Below are positions 16,942 to 25,124 of a DNA stretch of 64,000 bases, piece by piece (within the stretch, counting starts at the first letter, position 1; each line of letters begins with the position of its first letter). This DNA is from a virus (lineage: Duplodnaviria > Heunggongvirae > Uroviricota > Caudoviricetes), in the IMG/VR virus record IMGVR_UViG_3300035696_002535, one strand, 5' to 3'. The notes under the pieces were generated by a model. That model was not told the DNA's origin. It worked only from the letters and a program-made list of their open reading frames with translations, and made no database searches. Made by a program: the position numbers and the translations under genes.

Positions 16942-17781
16942 TCAGATAGTCTGATAGCATACTGCTTGTTCTGACTTTTTTCCTACCACAAGATAACCAC
17001 AGAAGCCACTACCTCGAGCTTGCTGGACGGTCTTAACTGAATTTTGCTTTTTATTTTCTTCTGGTTGCTCTTTTAAAGTTACGTTTCTCTCGAACAACTC
17101 TCTGGTCATCTCATTCCAAGTAGGTTGTTCTAATTTAACTTTATTATCCGTTATTGATTTAGCAACATCAAGGCATAGCAGGCTATTAATTTGGAGGTTA
17201 TACTCTGTTATTGGCTGTGTTTTCGTGGTTAGTCCCATTTTTGTTAAGCGATGATGTAGTCTCCATTCAGAATCCTTATATAGATCCTTAACTACACTAG
17301 GCCACTTAATAGTTTCAAGATCCTTGTTTGGGCGGGACTTGACTATATTTCTTGCCTTATTTGGGCGAGACTTAACTATATCTTTTGCTTTCGTGGATAT
17401 GTATTCATTAGTAAACAAAGATTCAACTTGTTTTGGAGATGTTATAAACCATTCATTTCCAAGACTGTCAGGGATATTTTGTCTCATTTCCGTTAAACAA
17501 TTGTGTAGCCACTTTTCTAGCTGAGAAGGGTAGTCTGTGTGTATTATTAAACCTATTATAGGCTGTTCATGGTAGCCCATAGCCAAGCTTTTTGCTCGCA
17601 TTTTAACATCCCCAGATAAACCTATCTTACATTCCCAAATGTCCTCCTCAATATAATGAGTTAATTCACGATTCGTAGGATAATAGTAAACATAGACACA
17701 ACCAGATCCCTCGCCAACTTCTTTTTCAATTTGAACACCCTTTATGCACGACACACTTATAGACTCCTTTTTCAGGTACAC
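16942..17781 (-). CDS. T5orf172/GIY-YIG-like domain protein with internal 11-aa tandem repeat
   Basis: 'GCVYVYYYP...CKIGLSGDVKMRAKSL' resembles the T5orf172 (MUG113) GIY-YIG-like fold. There is a 'KSRPNKARNIV/KSRPNKD' direct repeat. Confidence 0.4.
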   Translation of the reverse strand: MYLKKESISVSCIKGVQIEKEVGEGSGCVYVYYYPTNRELTHYIEEDIWECKIGLSGDVKMRAKSLAMGYHEQPIIGLIIHTDYPSQLEKWLHNCLTEMRQNIPDSLGNEWFITSPKQVESLFTNEYISTKAKDIVKSRPNKARNIVKSRPNKDLETIKWPSVVKDLYKDSEWRLHHRLTKMGLTTKTQPITEYNLQINSLLCLDVAKSITDNKVKLEQPTWNEMTRELFERNVTLKEQPEENKKQNSVKTVQQARGSGFCGYLVVGKKSEQAVCYQTI

Positions 17782-17783
17782 AA

Positions 17784-17798
17784 CAATATACTATTTGG
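17784..17798 (-). promoter_or_regulatory. promoter-like motif caatatactatttgg
   Basis: Immediately upstream of the start at 17781. Confidence 0.35.
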
Positions 17799-17895
17799 TA
17801 TAAAGAAGTTTAACAATTATTTCCATTTATAACCCAAGACAGGAGCGAGCTCAGGAGGGCAAGGACCTATGATATCTGTGAGTTTGTCGTATAGG

Positions 17896-18798
17896 CTATG
17901 AAAGGACCTCAGGAAGTATCTTTAATCTCCAGCCTTTATATTCTTCTGATGATTGTTCTTTTACAATACGTCTAATTATTTTTCTGTCCAGATTGTAATC
18001 TCTTGAAAATTCCCTAAAATTTATAATTTCATGCTCTACGTTATCTTTTATAAAAATGTATTTTTTTGAACCCCGAGCCAAAGACATTTTAATTTTTGTT
18101 GCTTCTGATGGTTTCACTCCTTTTTTAATATTTGACATTTTTTGTCTATACTCTGGTGATTTTACTATTATTAACATTTTAGCTTGACATGCTTCTGATC
18201 TTTTTATACCTTTATGAAGTACAGATTGTTTTTCACGAAACTCTTTGCTTTTCAGAACAGAAATGCGTTTGCTGTCATCCCTGTTTCTTGCCGCTATTTT
18301 TAATTTTTCTATCAAATCCGGAGGAAGTTTTGTACCTGTTCGGCATCTCCTTGTGTTTTCTCCTATTTCTTTTGCTCTCAATAAAGAAGCTTTTGACATT
18401 TTTTCTATTGTTTCTTTAGTGTGCTTTCTCCCACGCATAGGTGCAGAAGCATCTAAACTTATATTATAATAACCCGTTGTACCTACAAGAGAATCTAAAA
18501 GAATCTGCTCTTTTCTTTTAATTAAAGAAACCTGTTCAATGATTTCTGTAACTTGAAATACAAAGTTGTCTTTTCCGTATTTATTATAAGAAGCTTGTAA
18601 ATGAGGATTAACATGCTTTTTCCTGTTTAGTCCTTCTATGTGCCCTTTAAATCTAGAAATAAAACTGTCTGCTGTTGAGCCTACATAGAATTTATTGTTA
18701 ACTATATTTACTATCTTATATGTTCCTTTTTTGAGAAGCTCTGAATTTTTGGGCAAACTATTTTGTCTACTTTCAATTTCTTTAAAAGTGTAAACCAT
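17896..18798 (-). CDS. GIY-YIG homing endonuclease with NUMOD3 DNA-binding repeats (I-TevI-like, free-standing)
   Basis: 'KFYVGSTADSFISRFKGH...NKYGKDNF' (GIY-YIG). Four repeats resemble NUMOD3: 'GRKHTKETIEKMSKA', 'GTKLPPDLIEKLKIA', 'HKGIKRSEACQAKM', 'KKGVKPSEATKIKMSLA'. Confidence 0.75.
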   Translation of the reverse strand: MVYTFKEIESRQNSLPKNSELLKKGTYKIVNIVNNKFYVGSTADSFISRFKGHIEGLNRKKHVNPHLQASYNKYGKDNFVFQVTEIIEQVSLIKRKEQILLDSLVGTTGYYNISLDASAPMRGRKHTKETIEKMSKASLLRAKEIGENTRRCRTGTKLPPDLIEKLKIAARNRDDSKRISVLKSKEFREKQSVLHKGIKRSEACQAKMLIIVKSPEYRQKMSNIKKGVKPSEATKIKMSLARGSKKYIFIKDNVEHEIINFREFSRDYNLDRKIIRRIVKEQSSEEYKGWRLKILPEVLS

Positions 18799-18972
18799 AA
18801 AATTATCACCATAATTAAATATCCGAGGCGGGGTAGTTATTCCCTACAAGCTACAAACGCACGGAGGATTGTAGTTTGATTCTCGGATATAATGTTTCTT
18901 AAAAATTATCCGTGCAAAACGCGAGAAGAGAGTAACTAACTCTCCTATAATGGTAGGAATATGAAGAGAGTA

Positions 18973-20397
18973 TTATGGGCGTAATTCAACAATATATTTT
19001 AAAGTTTGATTCTCTAAATATGGAGTAATTAATTCGTCGTTGTACAAGGACTGGCCAGCTTTTGCCCAAATGCTGTCGTATCCTCTCGGAGTTCCACTAG
19101 GAAGAGAGTCATATGTTGTGTAATACTTTCCTAAAGCCACATCCGCTATAAATAAAAAGATATTATCGTATTTACTTCTTTTTCCACCCCATGAACCCAG
19201 GCTATATCGACCGGATTTTGTACTTGACAAACCGTAATACGCACCGGTCCCGAACATCCTCCCGCACACATGTGGTGCATTAACAGGAGGTATAACTAAT
19301 CCTGTTTTTAAAATCGAGAGACAATTACTCGAGCTACTTCCATGGAAGCACTCTTTAATGTTTCCTTTTTGTTTTCCCCTTGTTTCATAACGTTCTCGTT
19401 CTTTAGGTATCCTTATTTTAAAAAATCTGACTGGATTGTAGTTCCACACCTCATCATGTCTATGATTGCTGGCTTTTGTAGATATAATAAAATCTCTTAA
19501 TCTATCTGCTTCTGCTCTATCCTTCAAAATTTCTATGTCCGTTCCAAGAGCATTCATTTGCTGTTTAGTATTACCGGCCATAGCCGACCCCATCTGGACT
19601 CCAGTCGATAGCTGTGTTAACAAATCGTACTCATCCTGAAGTTTTTGGGCAGTATAAATCATATTTTCTGTAGATATCTTACGGCTGAATGGTTTGGGAA
19701 TAAGACTAAAGAAAAGGCTGTTGAGTTGTTGTACTTCTCTGTTTTCTGGGTCTACCTCTCCTTTTGTCCCCATAAGTCTGTTAAGTTCATCCAAAGGTTT
19801 ACGAGCTTTATCCACATGGGCACTTGTAACCGGACCCAAGGGAGTACTGTAACCATTTGTTGTATACTGAATTGAGGACAAACTAGTCACATTATGCACA
19901 TTCTCCCCAATAAGTTGTTGTAAGAGTTTTCCGATAGTAGGATCATACGAAGAAGTGTCTATAGCAGTTTTCACAGAGATCGTTTTTTTTGTTTCAGCCT
20001 TTCCTCGTATATTTTCCGATCCAATAGAAGGAGCAATCACCTCTACATTGACATAGGCTTCTCTTACTTTCTGCCCAGGATTGTCAGGATCTGGAACAGA
20101 TTTTCCGGACAGTTTCTTTTTGTGAATAGTATCAAACTCTTTTTTCGCAGTGTTAAAATCAAAACAAGGAGAACCTTCGTAGATTTCTCTGACTTCGTAT
20201 ATATTAGAAATCCCAAGTCGACCATAATGAGTAAAAATACGATATTGCCCTTGAGGATTTTTTTGGATCTCAATTAAATAGTATTTATTGTGATTCGAAA
20301 CTACATTAGCCTGATGCATTACATGGTATTCTACAGTCTCGTTAAAACCATCGTTCGAATTATCAGACGCTTTTCGTACTTCCCAGCCGTTTGCCAT
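18973..20397 (-). CDS. poly/mono(ADP-ribose) polymerase with N-terminal WGR domain
   Basis: WGR 'WEVRK...KYYLIEIQKNPQGQYRIFTHYGRLG'. PARP catalytic 'HGSSSSNCLSILKTGL', 'GTGAYYGLSSTKSGRYS', 'FLFIADVALG', 'YNDELI', so the H-Y-E triad is present. Confidence 0.8.
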   Translation of the reverse strand: MANGWEVRKASDNSNDGFNETVEYHVMHQANVVSNHNKYYLIEIQKNPQGQYRIFTHYGRLGISNIYEVREIYEGSPCFDFNTAKKEFDTIHKKKLSGKSVPDPDNPGQKVREAYVNVEVIAPSIGSENIRGKAETKKTISVKTAIDTSSYDPTIGKLLQQLIGENVHNVTSLSSIQYTTNGYSTPLGPVTSAHVDKARKPLDELNRLMGTKGEVDPENREVQQLNSLFFSLIPKPFSRKISTENMIYTAQKLQDEYDLLTQLSTGVQMGSAMAGNTKQQMNALGTDIEILKDRAEADRLRDFIISTKASNHRHDEVWNYNPVRFFKIRIPKERERYETRGKQKGNIKECFHGSSSSNCLSILKTGLVIPPVNAPHVCGRMFGTGAYYGLSSTKSGRYSLGSWGGKRSKYDNIFLFIADVALGKYYTTYDSLPSGTPRGYDSIWAKAGQSLYNDELITPYLENQTLKYIVELRP

Positions 20398-20422
20398 AAG
20401 AAATCTCCTCGTTTAACTGAAA

Positions 20423-20629
20423 TTAATTTTGATCAGCACGAGTTCCCGAATAGTTGTGTTCATACAGTTCTGATTCGTCAAAATTTGGACGAACTCTTTT
20501 AGGCTTACCACCCCTTGGGTGATTATTGTCACATTTGCAAAATATCATCCGTTTTTTGCATGCTGTACAAAAAGAAAGATCTATAGCTGCATAGTTAAAG
20601 GATTTTGTTTCCATTATTTGTTGTACCAC
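20423..20629 (-). CDS. small Cys-rich (Zn-ribbon-like) protein
   Basis: 'CTACKKRMIFCKCDNNH'. Confidence 0.3.
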   Translation of the reverse strand: MVQQIMETKSFNYAAIDLSFCTACKKRMIFCKCDNNHPRGGKPKRVRPNFDESELYEHNYSGTRADQN

Positions 20630-21150
20630 TCCCAGCAGTGTCCAAAAAGAAAATCTCCGTTATCCAACTCAATCAAGACATTCACGAAATCTCCAGCACC
20701 ATCATTGGGTAGTGTACCAAAAGTGTATCCGTGCCCAAGAAAAGCCATTTGGATGGTGTTAGCTTCCGGAAGAACTCCCCCGCTCATTTTATTAGTCCAT
20801 TTCGTATCAAAAAGATAGTCATTATAATTTACACTTTCACTTCCGTTGTCTTCTTCAAATTTTTTACGGTACTGATCAACACCGTTTTTCACAACAAGAA
20901 CCACAGGTATAAAATGATAATAGATATTATCCGAAAAAGGGCACTTATACCTAAAAGCCTCTTTAAGCTCTTTGGAGTCTATCCCCAGTCTTTCAATAGC
21001 GTGCCAGGGGTTATTACCGAAGGTACCTATCCACAAGTAATTCTCAAGTTTCTCTTTGTTTCCTACTTGGCGTACAAGGTACTTACCGCCTGAGAGAATT
21101 TCTCCTATTTCAGGCTTATAGGGGGTTTTTTGTTTGATGGGTTTAATCAT
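20614..21150 (-). CDS. hypothetical protein
   Basis: 178 aa ORF, co-directional with 4-nt overlaps. Confidence 0.4.
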   Translation of the reverse strand: MIKPIKQKTPYKPEIGEILSGGKYLVRQVGNKEKLENYLWIGTFGNNPWHAIERLGIDSKELKEAFRYKCPFSDNIYYHFIPVVLVVKNGVDQYRKKFEEDNGSESVNYNDYLFDTKWTNKMSGGVLPEANTIQMAFLGHGYTFGTLPNDGAGDFVNVLIELDNGDFLFGHCWEWYNK

Positions 21151-21530
21151 TTTGGTTCTTCAGTATTTGGAGAATCGGCAGGATAGACCCCATTCTGGAT
21201 TAGGGACATATCTACACCAACCAGTTTTGCTGCGACATTGAAGTCATGCCCTTTAACCTGGACTCGGTTATACCATCCGGAGATGTGAACTAGATGACCC
21301 GATGATGCATCTAACCAATAAATGCCGTCTGATGATGATTCGTTTGTGATACTCGTGTTGTAAAGTTTCCAGGCACACTTTGGCTTCATGTTCATGTCAT
21401 ACTGAACAACAATCCAATCGCTGCCAAAGGATTCAGCCGAAAATACCGAACAACCTCTCTGCACCCCCGCACATCCGAGAGCGAGTGTCAAAGCCCATAC
21501 CGACAGAATAGTTTTAAATCTCATGGTCAA
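21147..21530 (-). CDS. secreted/lipoprotein-like hypothetical
   Basis: Signal 'MTMRFKTILSVWALTLALGCAG'. Confidence 0.45.
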   Translation of the reverse strand: MTMRFKTILSVWALTLALGCAGVQRGCSVFSAESFGSDWIVVQYDMNMKPKCAWKLYNTSITNESSSDGIYWLDASSGHLVHISGWYNRVQVKGHDFNVAAKLVGVDMSLIQNGVYPADSPNTEEPK

Positions 21531-21787
21531 TCCTTTACTATATGGTTTTTTTCTAAGTCCTCGAGAACTTCTTTGAAGGGCTCCCCAACTTCCTCACAGG
21601 GACCCTTAAGTATTACTGTCTCTTCCCCATATTCGCCTTCATAGCGATATATGACCACATCATCAGGACCAAAAGCATCGCTGTCAAGGGCACTTGTCAT
21701 AATAACAGGAAAATCCGTCAGCTTAGGCTTCTTTTTGTTGCCCTTGAAATCGTAAACGAGATCATCCGGTGAAAGTATAACGATCAT
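21527..21787 (-). CDS. hypothetical protein
   Basis: 86 aa ORF. Confidence 0.35.
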   Translation of the reverse strand: MIVILSPDDLVYDFKGNKKKPKLTDFPVIMTSALDSDAFGPDDVVIYRYEGEYGEETVILKGPCEEVGEPFKEVLEDLEKNHIVKD

Positions 21788-21811
21788 TAAAATCCCCCAT
21801 TCAAGATAAAC

Positions 21812-22225
21812 TTAATGTGTCGGATCGTCTTCATCTTCTTTGATAAGCTCACGCAACTGCTCACCGTTAAGATTCCACCAAAGCTCCTCTTTACCTTCTT
21901 CATGTGCTTCGACTAGGGTTACAACCATATCATATATCTCTGCATGTGCGTATATCAGGCTTTTGTTATCTTCCCACCATTTTTCATCTTTTTTTATTGC
22001 ATGTGCATCAACAAGACCTCTAAGCAACTCGATAATGATCTTCATTTCCCAAGTATGAATTGCTCTTTCCAAGATATCTACGCACTCATTCATGGAAGGT
22101 TGCATCTGCATACCAGCCCACTGAGTTGTTTCGCGGAATTTTCTAATGACCGGGACCCAATAGTTTACGAATTCGTCGCTGAATTTTGACTTTTTTTCTT
22201 CTAGGTTCTGAGAAGTTATTTGCAT
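21812..22225 (-). CDS. hypothetical protein
   Basis: 137 aa ORF. Confidence 0.4.
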   Translation of the reverse strand: MQITSQNLEEKKSKFSDEFVNYWVPVIRKFRETTQWAGMQMQPSMNECVDILERAIHTWEMKIIIELLRGLVDAHAIKKDEKWWEDNKSLIYAHAEIYDMVVTLVEAHEEGKEELWWNLNGEQLRELIKEDEDDPTH

Positions 22226-22229
22226 AATT

Positions 22230-22520
22230 CTATCTCCTGATCCAAAGAGTGTCTCCTACTTTGTAAGAGCACTCTTTTTGATAGATTTTTATTCTATTGG
22301 TGTATATAACATATCTAGTTTTATTCTGGACTATTTTATTGACTACCAGATATGAATCGTTTGGTAGAAGTATTACAAGTCCAGAATAAAGTAAAAATAA
22401 TCCAGAAACAATAGTACATACAATTGCTTCTTCTTTGAGACTTCCTGTTAATCTACTAATACATATAATACCAACAACAACAAGAATAACTCCCAAAATA
22501 AAAAATACCCAGAAATCCAT
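22230..22520 (-). CDS. small membrane protein (2 TM)
   Basis: Two hydrophobic helices. Confidence 0.4.
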   Translation of the reverse strand: MDFWVFFILGVILVVVGIICISRLTGSLKEEAIVCTIVSGLFLLYSGLVILLPNDSYLVVNKIVQNKTRYVIYTNRIKIYQKECSYKVGDTLWIRR

Positions 22521-22531
22521 CTTTTCTCCCT

Positions 22532-23587
22532 TTAATCCTTGACTCCAGCTACGTAAATAGGGTCTCTTTGTTTAAGAAACAGCCTTCCAAATCCAATAAC
22601 ATACTGTTCTATTTCAGGTTTAATAACTATCCCTTCTCGTATTTTATTTACCAGCATACTCATCCCATGCGAAGCTTCCTGAAGAGTCCTACCAGCCATC
22701 CACTGTTCCAGGGTGACACCGATGGATATGATAGGGACGCATTTTTCTTTCAGTTCCACATAAGACAGAAGATTGACGAAATCCGAATAGTTGAAGGCTT
22801 TTCGGTTTACCTCTATTTCGAAAATCCTGGTAGTGTGCTTGCTGAAATTGTAATAATTCTTCTGGATCCCTGGTCCCAAGGCTTCCGAGCGTATGGTTAC
22901 CGAGCACCCTTTGAACTTGTCTCTCTGCAATTTCAGTACAGCATCTATGATCCCTTCATCACGAGCTACTTTCCAGAATGTGTGCTCATCGTGGTCGATA
23001 AGATTTTCAATAGCGTATCTATGCTGACACACAGAAAGTTTGTTCTCTGTGTCGACGGAGGTGGCCATGTTAGACCCCTCTAACTTCTCTGAGATAACGA
23101 CAGGCTTATGCAGGAGTTCTTCCACAATGTGGGGGTATCTATCACATCCCTCTATGTCGTGCTCGTAGACAGCCTTAGGGAGGCGAACAAGCTTCCCTGT
23201 TTGGGTCATAATCTCTGGAGGCTCGTATTTAGTGATCCCGAGAGCCGCAGTAAGGTCGGCAGGAAGTGTGTCTACTTTGAGGTATTCCTTGATGCTTTTC
23301 GCAGATGCTACATATCCCTGAGAGACCGCTCCGCGAAGGACGCAAGTTTTAATTCGGTTCTTGGCTTTTCCAGACATGAATGTTGCTATATTCTGCTGGG
23401 CTATAAGTTCCTGAGGCAAGAGGCTATCTTCTGGAAAATACACGACATCATCACCAGCCTGATACATTCCCTTCTGTACCACGAATTGAAAAGTCATCCC
23501 CTCTACCTGACCGAGCTCGAGTCTGTCTGCACTGGAGTGAGGATAAATTTTTGAGATTTTTTTGGCTTCTACAGCAAAAGTGCTCAT
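22532..23587 (-). CDS. ATP-dependent RNA ligase (Rnl2/DRB0094-like) with N-terminal tRNA-binding OB (Myf/EMAP-like) domain
   Basis: The N-terminus 'AKKISKIYPHSSADRLELGQVEG' matches the tRNA-binding-domain signature (hPnADkL..v.vG). 'EKLEGSNMA' resembles Rnl2 motif I 'EKIHGTN' (KxxG[ST]N). Confidence 0.5.
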   Translation of the reverse strand: MSTFAVEAKKISKIYPHSSADRLELGQVEGMTFQFVVQKGMYQAGDDVVYFPEDSLLPQELIAQQNIATFMSGKAKNRIKTCVLRGAVSQGYVASAKSIKEYLKVDTLPADLTAALGITKYEPPEIMTQTGKLVRLPKAVYEHDIEGCDRYPHIVEELLHKPVVISEKLEGSNMATSVDTENKLSVCQHRYAIENLIDHDEHTFWKVARDEGIIDAVLKLQRDKFKGCSVTIRSEALGPGIQKNYYNFSKHTTRIFEIEVNRKAFNYSDFVNLLSYVELKEKCVPIISIGVTLEQWMAGRTLQEASHGMSMLVNKIREGIVIKPEIEQYVIGFGRLFLKQRDPIYVAGVKD

Positions 23588-23592
23588 GACCC

Positions 23593-23793
23593 CTAGCTCT
23601 CCATGTTAAGCTCATCTTCATTGTTATAAGGGAAAGGGACAAAGGTGCAGGTAGCAGTACAACTGTAACCACCCAAAGATGCGTGTTCCCGTTCACGATA
23701 GTACAACCAACCTCCAGGGACTCGAGTTACTGTGTACTTTCCAGCAACACAGGATTCGTGTAACTTCAACAGATAGACCATGTTCGTAGTCAT
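23593..23793 (-). CDS. small Cys-containing hypothetical
   Basis: 66 aa ORF preceded by the promoter-like motif. Confidence 0.3.
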   Translation of the reverse strand: MTTNMVYLLKLHESCVAGKYTVTRVPGGWLYYREREHASLGGYSCTATCTFVPFPYNNEDELNMES

Positions 23794-23810
23794 AGCGTCC
23801 CCCTCTATAT

Positions 23811-23825
23811 CAATATACTATCTTG
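23811..23825 (-). promoter_or_regulatory. promoter-like motif caatatactatcttg (exact copy of 9212-9226)
   Basis: 18 nt upstream of the start at 23793. Confidence 0.4.
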
Positions 23826-23846
23826 AACAACACTTCCAAACAACTT

Positions 23847-24407
23847 TTATAAGAAATTTAAAACTCTTCTGTCGCTCTTCCTGGTTATTATTGAAAGACC
23901 AGCGTTAATGACCGGTAAAGTCACTATATTTAGATCTTTTCTCTCGCTGTAGATATAGTCGATTATCCTGTATGAATCCCCGCATTGCTTTTTATCCAGA
24001 AGGTCAGCACTCCAAGGATCTGTATCGTGCATGAAGATTAAACCATATTTAGCAAGGATATTTAAAGAATTTTCGAGATCTTTTACGGCAGACTCGAAAC
24101 AGTGATCCGCATCTATGAAGATGACCTGAACTTCATCCTTAAAAAATTTGAAAAAACTATCTGTAGAGCACATAAAGAATTCCCCGAACTTTTCTCCTTC
24201 TCTGTCATCTTTAATGTCCACTCCTATCCATCGACGGACAAGAGGTCTTATCGCCCTTGCAGTGTCCCCACGCGCTACACCCAACTCCAAAAAAGTCTCA
24301 CATTCCAATATCCGAACAATGGACATCATTAAATCTGTGTGTCCATATCCTACCTTTGGTTCTACATGTCCGTACATGCTCACATCTCCTTGAAAAAACT
24401 GGCACAA
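23847..24407 (-). CDS. class I SAM-dependent methyltransferase (O-MTase family-3-like)
   Basis: 'LELGVARGDTARAI' (motif I-like) and 'IFIDADHCFESAVKDLE' (compare FIDADK). Confidence 0.55.
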   Translation of the reverse strand: MCQFFQGDVSMYGHVEPKVGYGHTDLMMSIVRILECETFLELGVARGDTARAIRPLVRRWIGVDIKDDREGEKFGEFFMCSTDSFFKFFKDEVQVIFIDADHCFESAVKDLENSLNILAKYGLIFMHDTDPWSADLLDKKQCGDSYRIIDYIYSERKDLNIVTLPVINAGLSIITRKSDRRVLNFL

Positions 24408-25123
24408 AAATCCACAGGTACTTCTTCATTTATAGAATTGAACTCTGCTTTAAAGTCTTCCGAGGGAGCCAAACAATCACTTATCTCTTTAAGAAAAAAA
24501 TTATCGTACCATACAATGAGATTATCGTTCTGTACCATATCCGTAGAAAGAAAAGTTTTCGCTACACATATCCCTCCAAGAATCTCCAGAACGATGCAAC
24601 CTTGGTTAATATTTAAATACCGGAAGTTCGGTTCCATCATCTTAAGTCCTACTTGATGTGTAAGCTGTATAGTAAACATGAGGGTATCAAAATCAGTAGG
24701 ATCCGTATGATAGCGCTTTTTGAAAAATTGGCGGTAATATTTATAATGATCGTGGTTCATACGCTCTTCCCACCGCTCTATACAATGAGATGTAATGAAA
24801 AAATCCTCATATTGAAAAGATCCATACAGCCTCCCTTTATCCGTTTTAAAAATGTTATTAAGGTTGGTCGCCCAAGCCCATTTTTTTAAATTTACTATTT
24901 TTATATTTACAAGGGGGCCATATCGAAGACGAAGTTGCTGAAGGGCTAAATCATGAATATAAAACTGTTTTTTAATTCCGACTTTATTTTTTTTGTAGTC
25001 CTTACCTAACACCTTTTCTGTTGCATCTCGTACCAATAAATGCATAATGGCATTAATGTGCTTTTCCAGGCACACTGCTTTGAAATTTTCGTTCAAAAGT
25101 TTTAATACGACTTCACTGTCCAT
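24380..25123 (-). CDS. hypothetical protein
   Basis: 247 aa ORF. Confidence 0.4.
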   Translation of the reverse strand: MDSEVVLKLLNENFKAVCLEKHINAIMHLLVRDATEKVLGKDYKKNKVGIKKQFYIHDLALQQLRLRYGPLVNIKIVNLKKWAWATNLNNIFKTDKGRLYGSFQYEDFFITSHCIERWEERMNHDHYKYYRQFFKKRYHTDPTDFDTLMFTIQLTHQVGLKMMEPNFRYLNINQGCIVLEILGGICVAKTFLSTDMVQNDNLIVWYDNFFLKEISDCLAPSEDFKAEFNSINEEVPVDFCASFFKEM

Positions 25124-25124
25124 C

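Noticed and set aside
18799-18972. Possible tRNA or group I intron in the structured gap between the GIY-YIG endonuclease and PARP
   Set aside because: An inverted repeat (tatccgagg...ctcggata) is present. No cloverleaf with anticodon arm or T-loop GTTC could be built. No group I P7/P3 pairing was recognised. The endonuclease is therefore treated as free-standing.
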